From positions 18,755 to 82,754 of the forward strand of contig JAZRRI010000036.1 in assembly GCA_045650605.1 (NCBI GenBank): a stretch of DNA of 64,000 nucleotides. The letters run 5' to 3'. Origin of the DNA: Bacteroidaceae bacterium. Its GTDB lineage: Bacteria; Bacteroidota; Bacteroidia; Bacteroidales; Bacteroidaceae. The number at the start of each line of letters is the position of its first letter. Position 1 is the stretch's first letter. Of the stretch, positions 19,301-26,901 are shown in pieces. The notes below the pieces were generated by a model, which did not search any database, had not been told where the DNA came from, and was given only the letters and a program-made list of their open reading frames with translations. Position numbers and translations under genes: made by a program.

Positions 19301-19842
19301 AAAAAGTTTTTCTTCTTTTGGACATCATCCTGCAATGTAAATATTTCCTCAAATTGATCGAAAATTATTAATAATTTTAGACGATCTCCATTGGCATTAT
19401 GAAATGTATGTCTGTGGAAATATTCATAAAAACTTTCAGCTTCAGTATTCTTGCAGGGAATGACCTCTCTAATCAACGATTGGGCATCATTAAGGGCATG
19501 GTCTCCATTTGTAATGGAAACATCTGTTCCAAGTTCACCTGTTAGAGAATGGAGAATCGCATTTAATATAGCTTGATTAATTTGGTGTAGATAAGAATGC
19601 TCCTCCTTATGAGATAATCTTATAAGAACCGGTAAATAGCCATTCCTTCGTGCGGCGGGTAAAATACCTGCATTAAGGATAGAAGATTTACCAATACCAC
19701 TTTTTCCATACAATAAAGTATCAGTGTCATTTAATACACATTGAGACAAATCTCTAATGTCATCATCTCGACCATATAAAATTTCTCCTTCTTTATATGA
19801 TTCAAGTCCTAACCACGGATTCTTTCGTACAAACTCTTCCAT
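16348..19842 (-). CDS. transmembrane STAND-type P-loop NTPase with C-terminal YD (RHS-like) repeats
   Basis: 1164 aa. NPWLGLESYKEGEILYGRDDD, Walker A LYGKSGIGKSSILNAG and Walker B LLIIFDQFEEIF. One TM (ITLLGIIILLMCIIFYVIGYLIPI), then repeats such as ITYDNNGRDMLVEYFDLDGNP, YYEYDDFGQ and MYEYDNNGRE. Confidence 0.8.
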   Translation of the reverse strand: MEEFVRKNPWLGLESYKEGEILYGRDDDIRDLSQCVLNDTDTLLYGKSGIGKSSILNAGILPAARRNGYLPVLIRLSHKEEHSYLHQINQAILNAILHSLTGELGTDVSITNGDHALNDAQSLIREVIPCKNTEAESFYEYFHRHTFHNANGDRLKLLIIFDQFEEIFTLQDDVQKKKNFFTHLADLLNDIMPDELQQKVEISSDTQEEIIVGEESDLENIFDDLNLGVENSLPEYVTDNDIHFVFTIREDFLSEFEYYSAAIPSLKQNRYGLRPINEEQAAQIILRPVPELIDESVAKLIIEKITGKKDFKIDGVPEIEVDSAVLSLYLNRLYETKEGKTITKELVEQKGGEIISDFYNDALSDISDSTIEYLEDMLLNGQGRRDNITVYDAINDGNISELELDILCNKKKILRQFNYAGDLRIEYVHDILCPVVEKNKEERRIAAEKKNHNKKLKDLRRQRSITLLGIIILLMCIIFYVIGYLIPISKRYASITKQWGRFVGIESLSKKSASFRPYHFVLKKKGLITKTYTSMECRDRFNNLSTSHNISPYIVTGQMEDSILADDIKGKLQMVCKWKFIKDPVYKDSVIQERAYDKYDNLIYAFNYNAPQTTSQDEQNSKNTQDMRARKELQNQSFKGKCIIGSYVDGQGLPIELLKAGYRFIRITYDNNGRDMLVEYFDLDGNPSTNAHGAYQTYYEYDDFGQCISTSSLNMYGKRMIDHAGNCGQICKYDGYRIVETLSVDEFGREKAVKDGYSRAMYEYDNNGREIMVSLWNEDGPVCPDSINFHIRRTLYDDAKNSLEYRYYNVKDELTNLIEVRFDTNGNILYYSENANGKTTIRNSRYNKKNECVFQDEIKTEGVDTIGIFNYEKVDNIETRKFRGRIYNEYINKMTYDNKNRVIEDVYYELDGETPYEYEYEDDYNRWHRIEYVYADNGLDKDSIYFQETDSVIYYNKDKLHKIKVTEHFPNRNYVVEREYNSDTILKTTTENRVDIYGNTIEQWLGPLKAYYFINAKTNEPNGNGVAYLSRYKFPLPGFRYYTITKNDWEPSICDENGDTNVSANYLLPEIYCGELKNKAVFIECLDKGRIWHGVILGGEKLNYDSFNGFDILLCLNLTTMRVIELIPNELDYWTIYQRFINEQEYSLYKKYHQLYTNKDACVN

Positions 19843-19846
19843 ATCC

Positions 19847-21211
19847 TTAATCTTGATTCATTTTATGAATAATCTTTTCTGCTACGATTTCAATACCATC
19901 TTCAGTTGAGTAGAAAATAGCATTGTGCTGTTGCATTCTTTCCGGGATAGCAGCTTTATAGAAATCAAAATTGCTATCCGCCAATGGTATAATATATGTG
20001 CGCCCCATACTTATAGCGACCTCTATTGCTGTATCCCATTCATTTCTATAAACATGTGACTCTCGTTTCTCTTTTTCGATATTAGGAGTTAATATGGGAA
20101 CGAAATATTTAGCTGTTTTAATTGCTTTTCGAATTTCATCCATAAAAAGCCCACCATCTGTAAGATTGTATTTGTCATACCAGACTCGTTTCCCTTGAGC
20201 AGTTAAGGCTTTATACAGTTGTTCTGCAACTTGTGTGTCCGAGCGAGAATATGAGATAAATACATCCATATTCTCTTCAGGCTTGTTGAATTTGGTGGCT
20301 TCATTTTCCTTCAACTTCTTGTCTAAGCGGACTAAAATTTGTTCAATCACATCGGAAGTATTTTGCTTCGTGAAAGTTTCAGTACGTTCCAAGAAGTTAA
20401 TTAATGACTCATCCAATGTGTCATAGGCCAACATTCCGTGACCTAAATCTGGTTTTCGCATTGAATACCAAATAAATCTAAACAACCAATCACTGTATGT
20501 GTTGCCTAACATTAATAGATATTTATCTTTAAGTTCGTTGCATAGATTTTTCGGGCGCGCTTTGTTGTCGTTCGAAAGCCAAGAAGACACGAAATCTAAT
20601 AAATCAATATCAGTCAAGACGTATTTATGAGCACCGGCACCAACCTTTCCAAACATATAATATATTGTAGGTTTCCTCAAGTCGGCTCCATTTTTTATAT
20701 CACTATTTTCAGAAGGATTGTTATTAAACTTCATAACCCTCAACTCGTCCTTCCAAATATTTTGCATAGCCTGTTCTATTACAGGAGTAAAACTTGTCGT
20801 GATTATAAACGGGAAATGCCTAATAGACAATAGTCTGCGTAAACGTTCCGATGCCGGAAAGCGTTTAGCTGCAAAAATCTTGTCAACTTGATAATATATG
20901 TTATCAAGTTTAAAATTGAATTTATTTTTATATTCTGGGGTATATATTAGTTCTGAAAAACTATTAATCTGTTTATTAACTCCAAAGTTTTTAGCAAGTC
21001 CATCTATGATGACTTTATGCAAATTAGAACTATTGTCAATTAACAAATCTGCACCAATAACAGGGATAACATTACCATCTATTATTTGCTGTATCAGTTT
21101 ATCCCATAGAGGCTCGTCATTATTGTTGTCAAAGATGTTTGAATCAATGATATCATCGAACGAAAAATCCATCATCTCTTTATTTGGTGTATCTTGACTA
21201 AGCTTTTCCAT
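19847..21211 (-). CDS. SIR2-like domain - TIR domain fusion protein
   Basis: 454 aa. SIR2_2-like motifs GNVIPVIGADLL, FPFIITTSFTPVIEQA, YVLTDIDLLDF and LMLGNTYSDW. C-terminal TIR DVFISYSRSDTQVAEQLY...VWYD...YRNEW. Its stop lies 4 nt before the STAND gene start. Confidence 0.75.
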   Translation of the reverse strand: MEKLSQDTPNKEMMDFSFDDIIDSNIFDNNNDEPLWDKLIQQIIDGNVIPVIGADLLIDNSSNLHKVIIDGLAKNFGVNKQINSFSELIYTPEYKNKFNFKLDNIYYQVDKIFAAKRFPASERLRRLLSIRHFPFIITTSFTPVIEQAMQNIWKDELRVMKFNNNPSENSDIKNGADLRKPTIYYMFGKVGAGAHKYVLTDIDLLDFVSSWLSNDNKARPKNLCNELKDKYLLMLGNTYSDWLFRFIWYSMRKPDLGHGMLAYDTLDESLINFLERTETFTKQNTSDVIEQILVRLDKKLKENEATKFNKPEENMDVFISYSRSDTQVAEQLYKALTAQGKRVWYDKYNLTDGGLFMDEIRKAIKTAKYFVPILTPNIEKEKRESHVYRNEWDTAIEVAISMGRTYIIPLADSNFDFYKAAIPERMQQHNAIFYSTEDGIEIVAEKIIHKMNQD

Positions 21212-21244
21212 ATATGTATATTTTGATTATTCCTTAAACATAAA

Positions 21245-22216
21245 TTATATCAAAGACTCTTCAATTGTGCTTAGGAACTTTTCCAATGCTACAATATGCT
21301 TACCCGTGTAGAACTTTAATTCTCCATTTATCAACAGCCCATTCCCTATCATCCATTCTTCATTCTTGGCAAAGAATTGAAGTAGAATCATATGGAAGGC
21401 GTGTTCTGCTGTAATGTTTTCTACATTGCGGTAGTAGAAATCCGTTGGAACAAGACGATTGTATTCCTTATCCCATTCCTCATTAGTCTCGCAATCGGCG
21501 ATTGATGATTTTAATTCTTGAGCATATTGTGATAGACCGTTGAAGTTTAATTGCAAACGCTCAAAAGTTGCATCAATGGCAATGCTACCGTATACTTCTT
21601 TAAGTTTAGCGTAGAGCATATTCTCGCAAGACACGCGTACATATTCCATCAATGCACTACGATACTCAATAATATCATCTATATTGTTTCCTTGAATGCG
21701 TTCGAGTAAGGTGTTTTCCTTTGCTTTATTGAACTTTTCAAGTATATCGTTTTCCGAAATAGGGGCAGTATAGAGATTCCCATAACTTCTTGATGAATTT
21801 TTTATTCTTTCAACAAGTAGTTTAATCGCTTCCTGCATATTCACAATACCATTACTCCAAGTTTGAAGTTCTATGCTTCTCTCTACCTTAGAGATGACGG
21901 CATTTGTAATTTCATCTGTTGAATGGCTATCCAAATAGTTTTGGTATTCAGCAATCATTCTATCTTTAAGGTCATAACCCAACTCTTGCGACAGTTCATT
22001 GGATAGTTTACCCTCAACTTTTACTTTCTCAAATGAAAGATGTTTATTACAAAGAGATTCTATCTCTTGCTTACCCTGACCTATCAACCAATTAAGGTCA
22101 ATTACGCCATATAACTTTTCTGCTATTTCTTTAGCAGGAAGAGAGTCTTCCTGCAGCAAACTATACTGCAAGAAGTCTCTATTAAATCTGTTTTTCAGAT
22201 ATTCCTTTTTATCCAT
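21245..22216 (-). CDS. hypothetical protein (helical)
   Basis: 323-aa ORF with ATG start, tightly packed in the array. No family recognised. Confidence 0.5.
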   Translation of the reverse strand: MDKKEYLKNRFNRDFLQYSLLQEDSLPAKEIAEKLYGVIDLNWLIGQGKQEIESLCNKHLSFEKVKVEGKLSNELSQELGYDLKDRMIAEYQNYLDSHSTDEITNAVISKVERSIELQTWSNGIVNMQEAIKLLVERIKNSSRSYGNLYTAPISENDILEKFNKAKENTLLERIQGNNIDDIIEYRSALMEYVRVSCENMLYAKLKEVYGSIAIDATFERLQLNFNGLSQYAQELKSSIADCETNEEWDKEYNRLVPTDFYYRNVENITAEHAFHMILLQFFAKNEEWMIGNGLLINGELKFYTGKHIVALEKFLSTIEESLI

Positions 22217-22218
22217 AA

Positions 22219-22725
22219 TTATAGAGGTCTACCACAGCTTGAGCAGAAGTTTGCAGATTCTGCATTCTGAGTACCACAGCCAGTACAGAACTTGTGTCCC
22301 GTTGCCGGTGTGGTCTCTATCGTGTTGCTATTATTTGCAGCAATTACACCCTCTGCAATTTTCAATGCCTTATCATCAAGCTTTGCTTGCTCTACCATAC
22401 CCCAAATCTGAGTAATGAGAACCGGCCAGAAGAAGAGCATAGAGATTACAGTAGGAATTGCCTGCTGTCCCCAGATACCCACACCTGCTTCAAAGTTGAT
22501 ATTGCTGCCTTGGGGAAGCAAAGTAACCTTCAATGCTGTTTTCATACCCAATACAGCTTTGAATACACCGCCTTTAGTGATAGAAATATCATAGCCACCG
22601 CTGCTCAAAGCGTCCATAGACACTTCGTAGCCATCGTTCTGAAACTCCTCCTGAATACGGTTTGCAATAGTAGGTATCAAAGATGTTGAACCGTATAATA
22701 TCTTTTTAGTGCTAAAAGTTGCCAT
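22219..22725 (-). CDS. hypothetical protein with hydrophobic segment and C-terminal zinc ribbon
   Basis: 168 aa. C-terminus CTGCGTQNAESANFCSSCGRPL. 2-nt gap to the next gene. Confidence 0.55.
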   Translation of the reverse strand: MATFSTKKILYGSTSLIPTIANRIQEEFQNDGYEVSMDALSSGGYDISITKGGVFKAVLGMKTALKVTLLPQGSNINFEAGVGIWGQQAIPTVISMLFFWPVLITQIWGMVEQAKLDDKALKIAEGVIAANNSNTIETTPATGHKFCTGCGTQNAESANFCSSCGRPL

Positions 22726-22730
22726 AGTTC

Positions 22731-22988
22731 TTATTTGTTAATGTTTTGAATTGAATGAAAGTTGTACACTGCGTACAACACGCTTGTCTCTACAAGCAGA
22801 CTCTTTATCTCTTCAACCTGCTCTTTGCTGTATTTTCCCTCCATATCGTGAAGCATTGCTACAACCTTGTCAGACTGTGCTTTAATCTCCTCTTCGGTGA
22901 TTACTCCATCTTCCATAATATTTTTGAAAGATGCATTATTGACGACCATTTCGTCAATGTTCAGGATTCCTTCTTCGTTAAAAAACAT
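22731..22988 (-). CDS. small acidic hypothetical protein
   Basis: 85 aa, ATG start, 5-nt gap to the downstream gene. Confidence 0.45.
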   Translation of the reverse strand: MFFNEEGILNIDEMVVNNASFKNIMEDGVITEEEIKAQSDKVVAMLHDMEGKYSKEQVEEIKSLLVETSVLYAVYNFHSIQNINK

Positions 22989-23024
22989 AACTTTTTGATT
23001 TAATGATTATTTAATAATTGGGTA

Positions 23025-23243
23025 TTACATATCTGGACCTTTAGAAAATTCGTGTTTACAGTTCAAACAAATGTAATACACACTAGGACATACAGCTCTT
23101 CCAGCAGCTCTGGAAGGTCCTTGCGGATAGCGTGTGACAAACGATGATGTAAAAAACGTTACAGCAGCTGCACCCCATGCCAGAGCCCTTTTTCCAGGAT
23201 TTGTCGTAATTGTTCTTTCTGAACCACATTTTGGGCATTTCAT
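23025..23243 (-). CDS. small zinc-ribbon protein
   Basis: 72 aa. MKCPKCGSE...CLNCKHEF gives two CxxC pairs flanking a hydrophobic segment. Confidence 0.5.
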   Translation of the reverse strand: MKCPKCGSERTITTNPGKRALAWGAAAVTFFTSSFVTRYPQGPSRAAGRAVCPSVYYICLNCKHEFSKGPDM

Positions 23244-23258
23244 AGTATTTGATTTAGT

Positions 23259-24137
23259 TTATAATTTGGTGCCACAATGTTTGCAATATGCCCAATCTGC
23301 ACATACTGCCTTGTTGCATTTAGGACATTTCTTCCCCGATGTTTGAGTTTTCAGATTCTGCATCAAATTTTTATATTGTGTACTTTTCCCCCATGTGAGA
23401 ATTTCACGTACACGTACTGCGCTGAATGGGTGAGTCATACCAATGGTAACAGCAAGCTGCAATGTTTTATTCCATAGACCATCATTTTTTATTTGGTCAT
23501 ACTTGTCGGCTTGTAAAGCCCATTCCTGCATGTTGATTTTATTTGTAATGGATTTGGGTCCACCTGCCAATCTGGCCATTGAACGTGCAACTACTTCGGG
23601 AGAAGTAATAACGCTACCACACCTATCACAAGACAACTCTGCTTTACGACTCCAATAGAGAAGTGCATATTCAATTGGTTTTGCTATTGAACCTAAAATA
23701 CCAAGAGCGTCAAGACCCATTTTAAGATAGTCGGCTACCATCTTGTAAACAACATGGCGACACAAAATATGACCGCACTCGTGAGCCAAAATAGCATCAA
23801 GTTCTTCGTCATCCATCATCTCCACAAGTCCGGATGTTACCACAATAAAAACTCTTGTGTCTCCTGATGTGTATGCATTAGGCATTGGATCCATTTCCAA
23901 ATAGAACTCCGGCTCTTTGATGCCTAAGCGTTCACAAATAGGAGGAAGATGCCTGTAAAGTTCGGGTAACTGGGTCGGGGATAAACGAATGGTTGATGCC
24001 ATGTTCAAACCGTACTTTAACTTCTCATATCCCAACTCCAAGACTTTTTTTGCAATCGCAGGAAAACCCGGAATGCTTTCTAACTGACGCAACGCAGCTG
24101 CGTCTTCTGGATGAATAAATTCTGCAGGTTTAATCAT
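23259..24137 (-). CDS. M48-family zinc metallopeptidase with C-terminal zinc ribbon
   Basis: 292 aa. HECGHILCRH (HExxH) and C-terminus CPKCNKAVCADWAYCKHCGTKL. No obvious TM. Confidence 0.8.
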   Translation of the reverse strand: MIKPAEFIHPEDAAALRQLESIPGFPAIAKKVLELGYEKLKYGLNMASTIRLSPTQLPELYRHLPPICERLGIKEPEFYLEMDPMPNAYTSGDTRVFIVVTSGLVEMMDDEELDAILAHECGHILCRHVVYKMVADYLKMGLDALGILGSIAKPIEYALLYWSRKAELSCDRCGSVITSPEVVARSMARLAGGPKSITNKINMQEWALQADKYDQIKNDGLWNKTLQLAVTIGMTHPFSAVRVREILTWGKSTQYKNLMQNLKTQTSGKKCPKCNKAVCADWAYCKHCGTKL

Positions 24138-24143
24138 AGATAC

Positions 24144-24653
24144 CTATTTTATATATTGTTTTCTTTTTCCTCGAAGGTAAGATGCTCTTCTCCAAATTTC
24201 ATTGACAAGATTAATTTTGGATCTATTGGCAAAAGCATAGATATTTACTCCCTCTCTTACACACCATACCATACCTGATTTATTGACTTTATAATAACAG
24301 CGTACCCAAGCGCTCAAGAGAAGGATGCCAAATATCGAAATACATAATATGACACCTATGAAGTAGAGAGTAAATACTGAAGGTTGATAGATCACACCAC
24401 TGTTTACTTCTTCAATAAACGCATCAGAATAAACTATTTTCCCAAAAGGTCCATATTCCATTGAAGCGACCTTCTTGTCAGTTATACACACAAAACTTTT
24501 GGTTGTAAAAAAGACACCATAACTGCCTAAATACTCGACAGTGATAATAGTTTCATCTTCAGCCATGAAAGTTTGGAACATGGCTTTAATAGCTTCTTTG
24601 TCGCCTAGTGTCGCTTGTTTTACAATCGAACCATCAATCTGAATTTTTGCCAT
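24144..24653 (-). CDS. hypothetical membrane protein
   Basis: 169 aa. Soluble N-terminal part, then a TM (VFTLYFIGVILCISIFGILLLSAW). Confidence 0.5.
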   Translation of the reverse strand: MAKIQIDGSIVKQATLGDKEAIKAMFQTFMAEDETIITVEYLGSYGVFFTTKSFVCITDKKVASMEYGPFGKIVYSDAFIEEVNSGVIYQPSVFTLYFIGVILCISIFGILLLSAWVRCYYKVNKSGMVWCVREGVNIYAFANRSKINLVNEIWRRASYLRGKRKQYIK

Positions 24654-24672
24654 AAGATTATAGTTTAAAAGG

Positions 24673-25188
24673 TTATTTATCTTCGAAAATCCGTTTTATA
24701 AATCGCAGTATTTTATTTTGAGGTTCATTCCATTGAAGGACATCGATATATTCTCGTTCTTTAATATTATTGACCTCTTCTTTCCTTTCTCCATATAACA
24801 ATGATTTAATGTCTGCCACTAGTGCTTTTGCTTTCTGAGTAGAATATGGAGTAGCATCTATGCAATTTAAGTCGGTCATAACAAATTGCAACTTCTTGCT
24901 AAAAGAAGAATTGTCTATTTTGTATGGAATGATATATTTACCGGCATTGAATGCTAATGCGACTTCCTTTGCTGTATATATAGAATTATTGGAGTCTGAA
25001 GATGAAATAAATAAGGTTATTGTAGAATTTTCTATAGCATCAACTATATCTGCCATAAACTCACTTCCCATATGGACTTTTTCAGTGTCTAACCAATAGG
25101 TTATGGCATTTGAATCTAATAGTTGCCTTATTTCACCTACGACTGCCAGGTCTTTCCGTGAATAGCTTATAAATACATCGTATTTCAT
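24673..25188 (-). CDS. stand-alone TIR domain protein
   Basis: 171 aa. YDVFISYSRKDLAVVGEI...YWLD...IYTAKEV. Confidence 0.85.
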   Translation of the reverse strand: MKYDVFISYSRKDLAVVGEIRQLLDSNAITYWLDTEKVHMGSEFMADIVDAIENSTITLFISSSDSNNSIYTAKEVALAFNAGKYIIPYKIDNSSFSKKLQFVMTDLNCIDATPYSTQKAKALVADIKSLLYGERKEEVNNIKEREYIDVLQWNEPQNKILRFIKRIFEDK

Positions 25189-25211
25189 GTTTTTTCTTAA
25201 TAGTTACTCTG

Positions 25212-26348
25212 TTACTCATACAATGACCAGTCGATGTCGATTCTTTTACCGCATACGTCGCAGAATACCTGTTTCTTGTATATTACGCTATTGCAATGTG
25301 GACAATGGAACTCCTGCTGTGAGTTGCGTATGCGCTCTCTTAGTATTCTGTAAAGTTCAGTGTCTTCGCGCTTAATCAAATCGTAACCCAGTTTTATCAG
25401 CAGCTTGATTGTGTCCATGGCCATGTTGCGGTCGAAATCCTTTTCTTTCTCCGGCAGTTGTGAATATGGTACCATGCAAGGATTTTCTTTCTTTGCGTCG
25501 TTGCGCTCCGGGCCAAAGCTCCAACCTTGTGCAATACGTTCAACAGCCCATACTTCGTGGGCATTCTCCGCAATTGCTTCACGCAGTTCGTTCAGGTCCT
25601 CTGCCAGTTGTACATCTGTCAGGTCAATAGGTCTTGGAGTGTATGTTTTCATATCTTTTGTGTTTATGGTTACTAAATAGTTTTTTGAATCGTTCCATGC
25701 ATCGACGAATTGTTCGATGGGGTAGGTGTCCTCGCTGTTTGGTGAGTTGGGGTCATGTACAATCACGCAATTGTTGACAGTATCACAGGAGAGGACAACC
25801 ACTGTGTGGTCGGGAATTTCGCCAATCAATATGTCCTCGATAATCTCTTCGCTTCTATTCCCAAGCAACTCTCCGCCATCAACAGCAACTATTACACTGT
25901 CATTTGCATTGAGAGCATTTACTATATCGTCAATAGAGGCGTTATATTGGCGGGCAACAGCAAGGCCTTTTGCCTCTAAGTGGCGTCCTACATTATGTAG
26001 CGCAGTTCCGGTTTCTTTCTGCCAGCCATTTTTAATTGCATTTTGCAGCAGTTGTTCTTCGTCAAACTCTATATTAAACTTGCGGAGTATATATTTCTCA
26101 CACTCAAGGCTGCATAAATTCTCGCTGTTGCATGTGGCTGCAATAGCCGTCATTGGGATAGGCTCGCATTCATTGGGCTGTTTTCCCAATTCGGTGTCTA
26201 CTAATTGAGAAATACGTAGCAATTCTCTTAATTCAGCATCGTGGGGTAGTGTTTCGAGTATCTCTTTGCACTCCTGTGCGCTCGCATTTCCCTCAAGGAA
26301 TGCTGCCAACACCTCTGCCGGGATGTTATCTGCTGGTTTCTTCTTCAT
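25212..26348 (-). CDS. multidomain protein: anti-sigma-like N-terminus, papain/C39-like peptidase, RyR domain, zinc ribbon
   Basis: ATG at 26348 (the track start at 26357 is TTG). Candidate Cys in ENLCSLECEKYIL and His in PDHTVVV. RyR segment AHEVWAVERIAQGWSFGPERNDAKKENPCMVPYSQLPEKEKDFDRN. C-terminus CPHCNSVIYKKQVFCDVCGKRI. Overlaps the sigma gene by 23 nt. Confidence 0.65.
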   Translation of the reverse strand: MKKKPADNIPAEVLAAFLEGNASAQECKEILETLPHDAELRELLRISQLVDTELGKQPNECEPIPMTAIAATCNSENLCSLECEKYILRKFNIEFDEEQLLQNAIKNGWQKETGTALHNVGRHLEAKGLAVARQYNASIDDIVNALNANDSVIVAVDGGELLGNRSEEIIEDILIGEIPDHTVVVLSCDTVNNCVIVHDPNSPNSEDTYPIEQFVDAWNDSKNYLVTINTKDMKTYTPRPIDLTDVQLAEDLNELREAIAENAHEVWAVERIAQGWSFGPERNDAKKENPCMVPYSQLPEKEKDFDRNMAMDTIKLLIKLGYDLIKREDTELYRILRERIRNSQQEFHCPHCNSVIYKKQVFCDVCGKRIDIDWSLYE

Positions 26349-26895
26349 ACTTCTCAATCTCCTTTAGTGCTATTTCAGTCAAGGCTGCAATGGCACGTTT
26401 TTTTATGTTATACAAATTGTCTACATTGGTCATTAGTTCCGCAGCCACAACCTTTGGCTCGGCTTCTTCCAGGACCAATCGTCTTATTACATGGACATAG
26501 CGCTTGTTCGGCATCATTGAAAACAGGTGCTCTATATCCATTTTTGCATTTGTCGCCGCCTCATTGACGGTGTCTTCATGTATCTCATTCTCAAAAAGAT
26601 TCACTTTGGGTTCCATATCTATCATGTTATTGCGCTTTGCAATAAAGTAGCGAATAGCAATTACTTTCATCCACTGATAGATAGTGCTACGACCTTGGAA
26701 CTGTCTTAAACGATATGCATCGTTTTCCATTAGGTGCAGATAGAATTCGTTTACAAATTCATCGTAGTCAACCTCATAGGAGAATACATTACGCATTATG
26801 CTCATGAAAAGCGGGCGGCAACTCTTGAAAAAGAACTGCTGCGTCACTCGCTCGTCCCGAGCAATCAATGCTTCAATTATTTGTTGGTCGGTCAT
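26326..26895 (-). CDS. ECF-type sigma-70 family RNA polymerase sigma factor
   Basis: 189 aa. Region-2-like FVNEFYLHLMEND...WMKVIAIRYF and region-4-like RYVHVIRRLVLEEAEPKVVAAELMTNVDNLYNIKKRA. Confidence 0.75.
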   Translation of the reverse strand: MTDQQIIEALIARDERVTQQFFFKSCRPLFMSIMRNVFSYEVDYDEFVNEFYLHLMENDAYRLRQFQGRSTIYQWMKVIAIRYFIAKRNNMIDMEPKVNLFENEIHEDTVNEAATNAKMDIEHLFSMMPNKRYVHVIRRLVLEEAEPKVVAAELMTNVDNLYNIKKRAIAALTEIALKEIEKYEEETSR

Positions 26896-26901
26896 TGTTT
26901 G

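Noticed and set aside
16348-19842. Interpreting the YD-repeat protein as an Rhs-type polymorphic toxin.
   Set aside because: The N-terminus is a P-loop STAND NTPase rather than a secretion or PAAR/VgrG-linked domain. The repeat region is short, and I see no PxxxxDPxGL core-end motif or variable C-terminal toxin followed by an immunity gene.
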